Positions 27,872 through 40,158 are shown, counted from the first letter of the stretch. The stretch: 64,000 nucleotides of DNA from Octopus bimaculoides (GCF_001194135.2 NC_068999.1:25691042-25755041); one strand, 5' to 3'. Numbers and translations are program-made. Notes: generated from the letters alone by a model not told the origin.

Positions 27872-28109
27872 GAATCCTGGAAATCGTCTTCAGAACCTCT
27901 TTCTGTTTCACGAGTTGTATTATTTGTATTGTCAGCATCCTCTTCAAGTTTCCTACGTTTCGGAGTAGGTGGCACAGGTAAATGAGGTGTAGATAAAGTA
28001 GTGGATGCCTGTGCTGCTGCTATGACAGCCGAGGCAGCAGCAGCTGCAGCAGCACGGTTGCTTGCCTCTTTTGCTAATGCAGCTGCATCCATGGTCTCAT
28101 CTCCAGACG
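27872..28109 (-). CDS. STAG1: cohesin subunit SA exon (Ala-rich...PPTPKRRK...ERGSEDDFQD)
   Basis: ttttgtag| ... |gtaagt; phase 1/2; ERGSEDDF resembles vertebrate EHGSEPDF. Confidence 0.85.
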
Positions 28110-29173
28110 CTACAAAACAACATTCCATTAATCAGTCATAGTTCTCAAAATTAAGTTGTCTGTTCATATATCTGCACACTTACACACAAACAAGGTACTG
28201 ATGGGGAAACGGAAGTAATTTCTATCAACAATGTATGTTATATGTGTTATATATGTCCCATATAGAAAGGCTCAAAGTTCACAAAAATATCATTCCCCTG
28301 GACAGAAAAGCTCAGATGATAACAAAGAAAAAAAAAAGTATCCGATTGTCAAAATTGGACGAAGCCTTGAAATAGAAGAACTCTCTTAAGAACATCACTC
28401 CTAAAAATGGAAATAAAATGAGTTTAAAGGTTTCAGATTAGTTATCATTAGATTAGAATTTTTTTCAGACAATTAATCTCATCTTTGGAGACGATGCAAT
28501 GATACTGCTCCTTTTCGGCACATTGAACAATGCCATTTTCCTAACAGTGCCAGGATCCTGTCCTCTTTCTTACCTTAAAACCTCTCAGTTCTAGGTTTAG
28601 TTCCTAGCCTGGAATATTTTTCTATAATTTCCCTATAAATTCAAATATGAGAAGTAGATTATCAGTATACAAGAGTTCCAATGGACGTCTAATCTTAAGC
28701 TCTTCTGAAATCACTGTCAACTTCCATTTTACTTACTGCATCTTTGCACTTAGCCTGTACAAGCATCTACAGTCTTTACATCTACACCTAGTTTCCTCAG
28801 TGACCACCTAACTATTAAATGTGATACCCTATCAAATGCCTTTTCCAAATCAATGGAACATAAAAAAACAATAACAAGTAGTGGGTCTGAAAAGTCATAG
28901 TCTAGGGAGAAGACAATACACAGTGACGCACACAAAACCTTGTAGCTTTTACTCTAAGAAAAAAAACAACAAAAACTGGTCAATTTCTTAACAACGTCTT
29001 TGATATTTGATTAATCAACCTGAGAAAAATAATAGGTGATGCTGATCCAGCAAGGTCTGAACACTGAAACAGTAAGTAGCTAACTTGAAGCTGGAAAGCT
29101 CCACAATAGCCAAAGCACTATTCATTAGGTTTACTTACCAGCTTTATTAATAACAAAAATACAGATATTTTAC

Positions 29174-29352
29174 CAGTATCAGTTTTCCGTTTGGTTCCAT
29201 ATCGCTTTTGTGTAGCCTGTCTCAGTGTTATAGGATGAATTTCATGTTCTCCCTGTACCAGACTATTACGGTAGGCAATCAATGGTTGGGACTCATTGTC
29301 TGAGCGATCAGTAGGAACACCCATGGGAAGATGTTTGTCCAGATAGTTTAAT
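29174..29352 (-). CDS. STAG1: cohesin subunit SA exon (LNYLDKHL...PLIAYRNSLVQG...)
   Basis: ttttacag| ... |gtaaaa; phase 2/1; PLIAYRNSLV matches STAG PLISYRNSLV. Confidence 0.92.
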
Positions 29353-30426
29353 CTGTAAAAAAAATCATTTTTTTTAAACGATCAATTTAATAATTTCAGA
29401 AGAAAGTTAAAAGTCTGTGTGGTGTCTAAATGTTCATTTTTCACATTAGCATGCATTACATTGGTTTTCAGATTGTTTTTAAGAAACATTGATTTCACAT
29501 CCAGGTACTAACTCCAAAGGCATCTTATTCAACTTACCTTCCATGACTATTATTTCCCTCTAGCACAGCAATTGACAACCGACAACACTGCTAATTTGGA
29601 GAGTACTATCTTCCTGCATAACCTGACTAACCAATCATCTTGACTTCTAAATTCATTGTAGTTCATACATTAGCTGCACATGAGGAAAAATTTCTGAATG
29701 GCCAAGTGATAGATGTGATAAAATGCTGATCAGAATCTGGCTCAACAATATTACATAATATCAATTATGTTTTAGTAAGTATCTCATGCAGCAAAATAAA
29801 CATTATTTTAATGTGGTTAAGATGTGATCTTGGTCACCTTGCTTTATGATACAAGGGGGCTGATTGAATTATTATTACAAGTCAATCATCCTAGACAAGG
29901 ACATGCTCTGATCCCTTCCCAGCACATCTTATAGTTTAACCCCTCAACCACTAACATGAAGCTGATACTCACCACCCCCCGACTTCAAAGTCCTATGAGC
30001 TGCATGGCAACTTTAATAATGCAGGGGGCTCAAAATAAAAGCACCCAGTGCTTGTTGTAACAAGGCATTAAGAAGGGCATCCAATCACAGAAACCATGCA
30101 AAAGCAGACATTGGAATATAATGCAGTTCTCAGACTCATCAGATCCTGTCAAACAGTCCAACCCATGCCAGTATGGAATATGGACGTTAAATGATGATGA
30201 CGACGACAACGATGATGATATGCCTTCCTAATCAGCAGAAATTTATTCTATAAATGCTGCTAATGATGAATATTTTCTTTTCAAAGGACTGCATTGGTCC
30301 TACCCATACCCAACACACTCTAGCATTACTGTTCTGTTAAACCCCATCCCCACCCCATACCCATGTCAAACCAAAATGCACTCAAAAATCATGCTTCAAC
30401 TAAATACAAAGTTATGTATTACTTAC

Positions 30427-30558
30427 ACAGTCTTTTTATCTTGTTTCATTAACTTGTTGGTAAATTCACAAAGAATTTCTAAAAATGACAAATTTGGTGG
30501 CATTCCTTTTGGATCAGCTGCATTAGAAACAGGAGTTAAACTGAAGAGGATTCCTTCT
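30427..30558 (-). CDS. STAG1: cohesin subunit SA exon (EGILFS...PPNLSFLEILCEFTNKLMKQDKKT)
   Basis: cttccag| ... |gtaagt; phase 2/2; matches STAG [26 protein letters not shown]. Confidence 0.95.
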
Positions 30559-30741
30559 CTGGAAGTGTAAGAAAGTTAACATTAATAATCCAATAAAATA
30601 ATAGCAATAATTACAAATCAATCTAGAAATAAATTTGAAACATTTAAGTGTCACTGATGCATGATAAAAGACATCAAACTATTGACATTAAAAGTAATAA
30701 AAACAAGAATTTTAGCAGAAAAATAAATCACCAGAACCTAC

Positions 30742-30818
30742 TTGTGCATAGCAGCTACAGCTTCACGGTTTTTAACTTGATCAAGACCAAATGATAAAGA
30801 GAATCTGCGCGCCAATTC
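30742..30818 (-). CDS. STAG1: cohesin subunit SA exon ([25 protein letters not shown])
   Basis: ttatcag| ... |gtaggt; phase 0/2; near-identical to STAG ELARRFALTFGLDQ. Confidence 0.95.
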
Positions 30819-31160
30819 CTGATAACCATTAATAAAAGTTAAGATATATTTAGGAAGCACAAACAAGAAAGTATCCTTTTTTTGTTTTCATTCTTAATGA
30901 TTTAACTTTACAATTTATTTTGGTCAGCATTTTGTTAAAAAGAGAAAGGAAAAGAAGTCGCTTCAGAAAAGAAGCATGCATATTTGTTGTAACAATTGTA
31001 ATATGGAATCAAATTACTAGATGAAAATTCAAGATGAAGGAGTGGATATTATTCTTTTGCAACAATATTATCTCAATTTATATTATGAAATTCATTTGAC
31101 ATAAAAATCAAAGAATAAATGCAAAAATGCGAAACACACAGTAGTATTATAGAAACTTAC

Positions 31161-31229
31161 TTTAATGGCTTGAAAGCTATCTGAGGATCGATCAATGACT
31201 GGTTGCTCCGCCTGAACTTCTTTGAATAA
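31161..31229 (-). CDS. STAG1: cohesin subunit SA exon (LFKEVQAEQPVIDRSSDSFQAIK)
   Basis: tttacag| ... |gtaagt; phase 0/0. Confidence 0.92.
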
Positions 31230-31588
31230 CTGTAAACAGATAATAACTGGTAGAAATATGGAAAAACTAAGAGCAAAAGTTTGAATAGCTTGATTAGGAT
31301 AAGAACTAATTCTCATACAGGTCAGTGTTTGAGGAAGCTATCTGGAATGTCAACTGGACCTTGATTGCCAATGCCAACAGAAAAATGACAACGCTATTCA
31401 AGAGAAGATTTGCGTTTTCAAACTCGGAACTGAGAAAACTGATAAGGAGGATACAGGAGGCGGTCGAAAAAGCCAGCTTCTATATATGGCTGAAGCAGGA
31501 AGACCGAATATGGCTTGAAAGTCATAACATGTCTAGGTGAGACAGGCTGACACTGAAGTGGCTTCGCGCCCTCCATTGTCAGTTAAAG

Positions 31589-31762
31589 TTCAGACAGTGT
31601 CATGTGACAACTTGCTGGGGCTACTTGCTGGAGCCTAGCAGCGGGAAGTTTAGACAGTGTCATGTGACAACTTGCTGGTGCTGCCTACTGGACCCTAGCA
31701 GCGGGAAATTTAGACAGTGTCACGTGACAACTAGCTGGGGCTGCCTGCTGGAGCCTAGCAGC
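31589..31762 (+). repeat. tandem repeat, 60-bp period, 3 copies (third about 54 bp)
   Basis: Units align exactly at a 60-bp offset; each has TGTCA(T/C)GTGACA, a perfect 12-bp palindrome containing CACGTG in copy 3. Confidence 0.95.
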
Positions 31763-31765
31763 AGA

Positions 31766-31798
31766 TATAAAAAGGGGAACTTGACATGACGATCAGTC
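31766..31798 (+). promoter_or_regulatory. candidate Pol II core promoter (TATA + Inr)
   Basis: TATAAAA at 31766 and TCAGTC (TCAKTY Inr) at 31793-31798; the T of TATA is 29 nt upstream of the Inr A (31795). Confidence 0.5.
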
Positions 31799-32780
31799 GG
31801 ACGCTGACACTCGTTAATGCTGCATCGAAGAGGCCAGGGAATAGAAGAAAAAAGACATACACCCAACACCAGAGCTGAAGACACCTCCGAAAGGAGGGGC
31901 CCTGCCACGTCAAAACGGTAGAGGAGTAGGGGCCGAAACCGGACGTGGTTCCTCCTGATGATGTCTTGAGCTAACTGGATCCTATAAAGGAGCTGTTGTG
32001 GTAGCAGACCACGAAACATGGTTGAAATTCCTCCATGGCTTAGTCAGAAGTGGAATGGCAGAGCCCATGGTCTTTTGCAGAGCCTCTGAAATCAGCAGGA
32101 GAAAGAAACCACAACTCATTGGTTATTTTCAGAATAGAGATTGGGTCTAAATAAAACAGACTGGACTCTACTAAAGACATTCTAGGGCCAGTAAAGGATT
32201 AACACTGATTATGTAGGCAGCTGTCTAGTTTAACTCACAAGGCTTGGGTTGTTATGTGGCTAAAGTAAGATATATTTAGGCTTCCATACAGACGTCCCTA
32301 TATCCATGCAATATATTTGTTTTGGCAGGATGGATGCAGCTAATAAAGTCATCTTAATTGAGAAGGATATAATGGAGGGAGAGAGAGAGATTGCCCACAT
32401 TTTAAGACGTCACTAGAAATTTTCAGGAATGTGTTGAATGAAAATATATTTTACCTTCATAGAGAAATCCTTACACTATTCAGCGAATGCCAAAAAAGTT
32501 AATATGAAATCCCTCCTGCATTTAACCTCAAACAACATTCTACAAGGACCTCATTACCTTCAATCCATTGGACTCCCATTCTGATTTGCAGCTATTGTTT
32601 AGCCACAAGTCAGCTCTGATCAAAGACATTCCAACTCTGACTATCCTACCTTGTTTTTATATCTAGGACCACACTCTCTTTTTTTAAGATTGAGTAGGGT
32701 GTGATTTGAAGGATGTTTGACTACTATTTCTAGCAAGTCAAGCAGCCATGGAGAGATTGACATGTAAGTTAGCTGTTATG

Positions 32781-32910
<130 letters not shown>

Positions 32911-32939
32911 CATTCAAAACATTATTCATCAAGTCTCAC

Positions 32940-33041
32940 CTGTGTAAGGCTGAAAGCCAAAGTTTTTGCAGTCGCCACTTTATTAATTTCTCTTGCTTTA
33001 CTTAAGGTTGCTTTGATAATATCTCCATAATCATTGTAAAA
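32940..33041 (-). CDS. STAG1: cohesin subunit SA exon ([34 protein letters not shown])
   Basis: tttttag| ... |gtgaga; phase 0/0; YNDYGDIIK is a STAG signature. Confidence 0.97.
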
Positions 33042-34021
33042 CTAAAAAGAAATAAAGTGATAAATTAGAATCATCATTATTCTTATTTCAATGACTGTTT
33101 TTTTTAAACCATGCTGGCAAAATTAGAAGCCATATAGTTTTCTATTTCCTATAAATAAATAAATAAATAAATAAACTTTTCATTGGGGGTTAAATACTAA
33201 GTGCGTAGAATTATATTTATAAAGAAAATAATTGTCCCCTGTTATTCATGTAAATATATTTTTTGTTGCTTTTTACATATATGTAATGTTTTTTTAAGTT
33301 CAATGTGAAAGGGAAGAACTTACTTAAAAAAAGAAACATGCATATAATACCTTAACAGAGACAGAGTTTATAGAAGTCTTCAGTAAACGAAATTCATTTA
33401 TTTACTATATAAATATCAAATACCTAATTGAAAACAAAACTGGAATTCATACAAAATAGATGAGAGTAAATATTTCCAAAAAAGCATGCAAGAAGCCTAC
33501 ACTATCAGCAACCTCTATTTATTTATAGAGAATCCTGTATCATGTCTTAAATGGGAGACTATGATGAGCATTTGTTTCAGTCGATACAAAAGTAATAATG
33601 CATATACCATATATAACTCAGGATGGTTATACAAAGTTTTCTAAATCTATAGGAAACCAGAGCAGACATTTTGGATTTTATAAAGAAAGCCAGGCCATTT
33701 AGAAATAAGTGTTCTTCAGAATTTTAAAATAATTGTGCAGCTTCTGTTGTAGACCAAAGGAAAGTTCTTTACCATCTTTGCACATACAACTAGGGTATAA
33801 GAATAATTTTGCTAAAAGTTCTGAAGATACATTGATGATACTCAGTTGTAACTAAGGCAAAATTAAAACTGGTATTTTAATTGGCCTCTAATTAGTAAAC
33901 TAAATGAAAATATTAAAAATTTCAAATTACCAAACATTTAGTTGCAAACACAACTGGTCAAATTCAGTAACTTGGAAGCAGAAGAATGCACCTTCCACAT
34001 TCTTACTAAGGCAAGAACCAC

Positions 34022-34062
<41 letters not shown>

Positions 34063-34537
34063 CACCGTAGTACAGCCTTTCCATTATACTAATGGAGGAA
34101 TGGTGTTGAGACCAGTGAAACATTACTAAAACGATTCGTAACTGGGCGTTTGAATTGAGGTTAAACCTATATGAAGTATTCCTGGAAATGAAACAGATAG
34201 ATAAATAGCTTTAAAGATATTTTGCTTCAAAAAGTTAGTATCAAGACTGGCTAGATGCTTACACCTGCATTTTGAGAAGTGGGGGTGGGGAAATCACTAA
34301 GTTTCAAATGTAGGCTTTTTAAAAAAAAATTTTTTTTATCATTACTCATGCTGTCATATCTTCAAAAGCTGCCTCTTTGGATTTGTTAAGGCAATGTTTT
34401 TCAATAATGTTATCTATTCAGTCTCTTTGTACTTTCCTTTGAATGCAGCCAGGTTGGGAAATGTGACAAAGCTTTCTCCTACTAAACTATGAATATATTG
34501 CAGGGAAGAAAGTTGTCAATTTTCTCTAACAACCTAC

Positions 34538-34671
34538 CTTCATATAATGTTTAAACATATCAGCTGCAGTGCGTATACTAGTTATATTATAAACAACAAG
34601 CTTGCAAAAAGCTGCCAGAAAATTCCGTTTTTTATGGAGTTCTTCAATCTTCACATTTTCATCCATTTCCT
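34538..34671 (-). CDS. STAG1: cohesin subunit SA exon ([24 protein letters not shown]...FKHYMK)
   Basis: ttaacag| ... |gtaggt; phase 1/0; matches KIEALHKRRNLLAAFSKL...FKHYMK. Confidence 0.97.
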
Positions 34672-35141
34672 CTGTTAAAGAATCACATAAGATAGTATTT
34701 ATTTACAAACTGTACACACTTATCATTTACTTCAGTTACACAAGGTAAAAATATGTAGTATCATATTAATAAGTGACAGTTTGGAAGTCATGGGGGTGAA
34801 ATGTTGAAATTCTTCAAGAAAAAGGTTAATAATATTTATGTAGTGTTTGTCATCAATTTTTCAATCTACACGTGGATAAAATATTTAAGAGTGCTTCCCC
34901 ATGCCTTTGTACTATATTAACTCTGTAATATGATGTTACTGGTAAATTGTGCAAGGCATAACTTAAAAAGATAATCTACTTGCATGCAATGAGCCTTTTC
35001 TAAAATACGTTGTGATGACAAACTATATAGGTTTTTGTATTCCTGATCAAACATGATTGGCAAAAATTGTGGCCTTCAAAGAAAGAAGAAAAAAAAATGG
35101 AGTAGGAGTGATGGAATTCCACTGACAGATAGAATACAATA

Positions 35142-35530
35142 TAGGAGGGGGTACCCAGAAGCAACTGGAAACTTTCTCTGTGGGACAAACCCACTAGAAA
35201 CCACTTGATGCGACCCTCAGGCATCAGTATGTTGGCCAGTGTCGTTGGGTGAACTCATACTGCCACATGGTGCATCTTTGTTTTGCAGTGCTTCCCCACT
35301 TTTCACCAATTTTTGCAATGGCTGAAACAAAGGAAATTCTGTGAAATTCTGTTTTCTACTGTGGAAAATGGTAGCTGAAACAGTTGTCATACTTCAAACA
35401 GCTTACAAGGATGCTGCCATGAGCAAAACACAAGTTTACAAGTGGTTTCCATGCTTTAGGAATGGTCACTTGTCGCTTGAAGATTAACCTTGTTTAGGAC
35501 AACCATTGACCTCCTGAACGAATGAAAATC
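35142..35530 (+). mobile_element. mariner 5' fragment (TIR-like end plus transposase N-terminal HTH)
   Basis: TA-GGAGGGGGTACCC.. terminus; translation VKFCFLLWKMVAETVVILQTAYKDAAMSKTQVYKWF..FRNG..SLED. Confidence 0.75.
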
Positions 35531-35733
35531 ATCATCATCATCATCATCATTTAACGTCCGTTTTCCATGCTGGCATGGGTTGGATGGTTTGACTGGAGAC
35601 TGGCAAGCCAGGAGGTCACACCAGGCTCCAATCTGATCTGGCAATGTTTCTACAGCTGGATGCCCTTCCTAAGGCCAACCACTCCAAGAGTGTAGTGGGT
35701 GCTTTTTATGTGCCACCGGCATGGGAGCCAGTC
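35525..35733 (-). mobile_element. RTE-type 3' tail repeat with (ATG)n tail; similar pieces at about 14780-14960, 27618-27790, 29990-30220, 52600-52640, 61915-62065
   Basis: Reverse complement of ...AACCCATGCCAGCATGGAAAACGGACGTTAAATGATGATG; internal part matches the 3' region of the RTE LINE at 60600-60724. Confidence 0.8.
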
Positions 35734-36497
35734 NNNNNNNNNNNNNNNNNNNNNNNNNNNNNNNNNNNNNNNNNNNNNNNNNNNNNNNNNNNNNNNNNNN
35801 NNNNNNNNNNNNNNNNNNNNNNNNNNNNNNNNNNNNNNNNNNNNNNNNNNNNNNNNNNNNNNNNNNNNNNNNNNNNNNNNNNNNNNNNNNNNNNNNNNNN
35901 NNNNNNNNNNNNNNNNNNNNNNNNNNNNNNNNNNNNNNNNNNNNNNNNNNNNNNNNNNNNNNNNNNNNNNNNNNNNNNNNNNNNNNNNNNNNNNNNNNNN
36001 NNNNNNNNNNNNNNNNNNNNNNNNNNNNNNNNNNNNNNNNNNNNNNNNNNNNNNNNNNNNNNNNNNNNNNNNNNNNNNNNNNNNNNNNNNNNNNNNNNNN
36101 NNNNNNNNNNNNNNNNNNNNNNNNNNNNNNNNNNNNNNNNNNNNNNNNNNNNNNNNNNNNNNNNNNNNNNNNNNNNNNNNNNNNNNNNNNNNNNNNNNNN
36201 NNNNNNNNNNNNNNNNNNNNNNNNNNNNNNNNNNNNNNNNNNNNNNNNNNNNNNNNNNNNNNNNNNNNNNNNNNNNNNNNNNNNNNNNNNNNNNNNNNNN
36301 NNNNNNNNNNNNNNNNNNNNNNNNNNNNNNNNNNNNNNNNNNNNNNNNNNNNNNNNNNNNNNNNNNNNNNNNNNNNNNNNNNNNNNNNNNNNNNNNNNNN
36401 NNNNNNNNNNNNNNNNNNNNNNNNNNNNNNNNNNNNNNNNNNNNNNNNNNNNNNNNNNNNNNNNNNNNNNNNNNNNNNNNNNNNNNNNNNNNNNNNN
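35734..36497. other. assembly gap (largest; others at about 10599, 44879, 48796, 53328, 55031, 59840, 60725)
   Basis: Runs of N. Confidence 1.
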
Positions 36498-36878
36498 AAG
36501 CTTGTATTTTGCTTTATTCTCATTTGCCTTTAGTATAATACTTATAATTGTACAAAAGACTTTTCCTGTTGCTTTCATGTATTATCAGTGTATCCAAATC
36601 ACTAACTCACTGTAATAGGTGTCAAAGAGTGTATTTCAACTGCACAAGTCTGAGAAGAATAGTGTAAGGACAGCATTTTTCATTCTCTCTCAATAACACG
36701 CAATCTTGAGACAAAATTAAAAAGGAAGACATAACAGTGCAGCACTAACAAGAAATAAAGTTTAGATGATAAATTTGGTAAAAGAGAAAAATATTATACT
36801 GAATTTTCATCAGTACATTATTGCTATTTAAATTATGGACATAAGAAAAATAAAAGGCTAAGTAGACCTGATACTAAC

Positions 36879-37032
36879 CATCATCATCTTCCACAAATAC
36901 TTTATCTGAAAGAAAACCACAGAGCTGAGCCTGAAGGCTCTTATCTGGTTCATAGATGAGAGCTTTTAGTAAAGCATTCTCTCCAAGATGCTTGCTGAAA
37001 ACGATCAGCAAATCACAGATAGTTATATAAGC
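36879..37032 (-). CDS. STAG1: cohesin subunit SA exon (AYITICDLLIVFSKHL...VFVEDDD)
   Basis: ttttcag| ... |gttagt; phase 0/1; matches AFMLLCDLLMIFS...HVFIDQD. Confidence 0.95.
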
Positions 37033-37517
37033 CTGAAAATAAAGAAATATCATTCATAAAATCCATGTTAATATCTAACCACTTTGCATTTAGAAAAACT
37101 TCACCCCTTCCTGTCACATCCTCACTTGCACAGATTGAGTAGAACATATATTGATGTCATTGTGTGTCTTAATGATATGACAGAACCCAACAACATAGAA
37201 GCAATATAATTATAATTTTGATTTAAAAATGTATATAAAACCCATGTTTATAGATAATACATCATTACTGAGAGGAACGAGCAATTCAAGCAACAATTTA
37301 CAAGTTATTTGCTGACATGGTCTGCCGTTAGGGCTTGGATTTTACATTTCTTGGCCAGCCACCGAAGGCTTGACATACTCAATACAAAATAATAAGATAT
37401 CTATATTTTTATCTATCATTTACTATTGTGGAAAGGAATTAATGATAGGATATTATAATTCATAACACTAATCGTTTATTTATAACAACTATTAATTCTG
37501 AATGTTATATTATTTAC

Positions 37518-37610
37518 CTCTTCACTAACTTTGTCCTGGGAATGGAAGATTAGTTCATTACAATATCTCATCAGATCTATTAAACGGCGCTTCAACACTC
37601 GGATATTTTC
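37518..37610 (-). CDS. STAG1: cohesin subunit SA exon (ENIRVLKRRL...DKVSEE)
   Basis: tctccag| ... |gtaaat; phase 0/0. Confidence 0.9.
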
Positions 37611-38849
37611 CTGGAGAAAAAAAAAAGACAAAACAAAACCATTTCTTAACAACATAATAGTTGCAGCTACTTCAATGTCAAAAGAATGATAAAAACAAAA
37701 GATAGTTCTTTATTGCACTGAAGAATTTGCAGAGGTACACAGATAAAAAAAATGCACACAGACATATAACTTAGTACAGGACTGACACACTTTACAAACA
37801 TTGGACATCAGCATTGTCATCATCATTTTAATTTTCTATGCTTACACAGGTCAGGCAGATTTTCTATGTCCAGATGCCCTTCCTGTCACCAACCTTCACC
37901 TGCTTCCAAGCAAAATGATATTTCCCTATGGCCAGACAGGTTTCCATAGAAGACTGGAAATTAGCAACAAATGCTGGCATGGCAGTCATACTAACATTTG
38001 TAACTACCACGTGCTATCAGACAAAGACAGACACATATAACAGGCTTCTTTTAGTTCCCATCTAGCAAATCTATTTATAATGTTTTGGCCACCCTGGAGC
38101 TATATTAAACGGCACTTGCCCAAGACGCTACACAGTGGGACTAAACGCAAAACCACATGATTGGGAAGCAAATTTCGTAGGTGCCTAGAGTTTTAAGTTT
38201 TGTATAATTTTTATGGATTATGAAATGATGAACAAACTAAATCAGCATTATCTAGTTCTTCATTAAATACTTTATGTTGAAATATCTTCGTCTTTACTTC
38301 TATGTGCTCTAACTTCCATAAGAAGTGAAAACATGAACACAAACAGTTTCCTAGTGAGCTAATTACATTCACAAATCATTATTCAGTTGTTATATCAATT
38401 TGAACAAGATTTTACAATTTGTATGGAATCAAATCTTTATCATCTGTTTTAAATATTTATTAATTTCTTTGCAATACCATTTGTATTGATAACCGATCGT
38501 ATTTGAAAACTTTATACATTCTTTTTCAGTTTAGGAACTGGCTCTTTCCAGATTGCAACCATGACACTGATGCACAACACACACACACACACTTTTATTT
38601 GCAAAGACCGAGACAAGAGGATTATGAAGAACACAAAATAGGCTCTTTTGTTTTTCCATTCAAACAAAAAACGAAACCAATAAAACATATTTTTGAAACA
38701 AAAAGCCCAATGCTGATGGTCTTTGGTGTTTCTTAACATTTTAATTAAGCATACTGAAAACATGTTTTATTGAAGGACATACAGTGTTCCTTTCAGAATT
38801 CATACAACAAAGCTTTCTCAAACGGTATTTACTAAAGAGTTTAACATAC

Positions 38850-38930
38850 CTTGTCAGGGTTGTTTTCATCGAGTTTCTGTAACCACCACATAATTGCCAT
38901 TGAGCAGGTTGAAATTGCCTTACATATAAC
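38850..38930 (-). CDS. STAG1: cohesin subunit SA exon (VICKAISTCSMAIMWWLQKLDENNPDK)
   Basis: cactgtag| ... |gtatgt; phase 0/0. Confidence 0.9.
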
Positions 38931-39056
38931 CTACAGTGATAAATAGGTTCATTTAAATAAACTCAAAGAAAAAGCATTTATATGCACAAACTACTACAAA
39001 ATATAACACAGATAAAGGTGCAGCAATATCCGAGGAAGGTTAACAGGGAAACTAGT

Positions 39057-39310
39057 TTTTGTGTGTGGAAGGTGCACAGGTACAATTAACACTAAAAATG
39101 TACAGAAAATAGACTCCATCAAATGCCAAAGGGAAAGACTAGTAGTAGTTGATAGCTTCCGTTACCTAGGTGACCAAGTCAGTAGCAGGGGTGGTCGCTC
39201 TGAGGACATAGCTGGTGGAATAAGAATAGGTTGGACAAAGTTCAGAGAGCTCCTACCTCTGATGGTAACAAAGGGCCTCTCCCTCAGAGTGTATGATGCT
39301 GTGTGCGAAC
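39057..39310 (+). mobile_element. RTE LINE fragment
   Basis: CGRCTGTINT...VVDSFRYLGDQVSS...IRIGWTKFRELLPL, paralogous to 59530-59760. Confidence 0.85.
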
Positions 39311-39816
39311 AGCCATGTTATACAATAGTGACAGTGTTAACAACTGCAATTGTTAATGCTATAACCTTTACTGTGCATGAATATTATAATTTGCAGTAAT
39401 TTCCCTTTTCATAAATCAATGAAACTCTCCCTAAAGTGAAATAAAAATTCCCTTCCTAAAACTTATATTCTGATTCAAAATTTCCTACCACCTGATTAAA
39501 AAAGAACCACCACAAAGTTTGCTTACTGCTACTCTTTCATTACAGCTGTAAGAATTGAACCTATGAAGAGATACTAAACAAGTAAATCAGCATAAAAATA
39601 TTTTAGAAATGTTGGTTTCTTACTCAGACAAAGGATTAATCTTTATAAGAGTATATACACATATGAACTTAAATCCAGTATATTACTGGTACATATTTTA
39701 ACCATGCAAAAGGGATGAAAACTGAAGAGAATCCTAAGAATACAATTACATTCTGTGATACATTTCTGAGCTATCTCAGAAATAATAAAGGAAAATGATT
39801 GAAATATAAATTCTAC

Positions 39817-39904
39817 CTCTTCAGGAATAGCATTATTTTCATTCGCTGTTTTGACAATATGAAAAACATCATCCCAAAGTTCCCAGGTATTCAGATCATG
39901 GCAA
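39817..39904 (-). CDS. STAG1: cohesin subunit SA exon (CHDLNTWELWDDVFHIVKTANENNAIPEE)
   Basis: ccacag| ... |gtagaa; phase 2/0; matches AHDLTKWDLF...AMPEQ. Confidence 0.92.
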
Positions 39905-40005
39905 CTGTGGAGAAGAAAAATTCATCTTTTAGAATAAGAATAAATTAACAGGAATACACACATATATAAGAAAATGAGATGACAAAGGAATAAATGATTA
40001 TTTTA

Positions 40006-40158
40006 TGAGCTTCATTAGCTTACAGTTGTTTCTGCTATGAGATGCAGGGGGCTCAGAGTTGAGTAAAGCTCCAATGAAGCTACAAGGTGTTACTTAGGCA
40101 TTCAACTGTGAGTCCACTGCATCTTATAACAGAAACAGCTGTAAGCTACTGAAGTTCA
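40006..40158. mobile_element. MITE with about 42-bp imperfect TIRs and TA flanks (Tc1/mariner type)
   Basis: tgagcttcattagcttacagttgtttctgctatgagatgcag versus the reverse complement of ctgcatcttataacagaaacagctgtaagctactgaagttca; TA on both sides. Confidence 0.75.

Larger units (their letters stand above)
31325..32100 (+). mobile_element. 3' end of a restriction-like-endonuclease (NeSL/HERO-like) non-LTR retrotransposon with repeat-containing 3' region
   Basis: ORF tail ...FSNSELRKLIRRIQEAVEKASFYIWLKQEDRIW resembles recalled HERO-type C-termini (..AE.ASFW.WL.R...W); GC-rich relative to flanks. Family assignment is from memory. Confidence 0.45.

Noticed and set aside
31589-31762. Regular repeats as a possible CRISPR array
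   Set aside because: Direct tandem 60-mers with no unique spacers, eukaryotic context and no cas genes.
35644-36615. Long ORFs in the ORF track (270-323 aa)
   Set aside because: They run through the N gap; the same applies to ORFs over 59840-60070 and 60725-60824.
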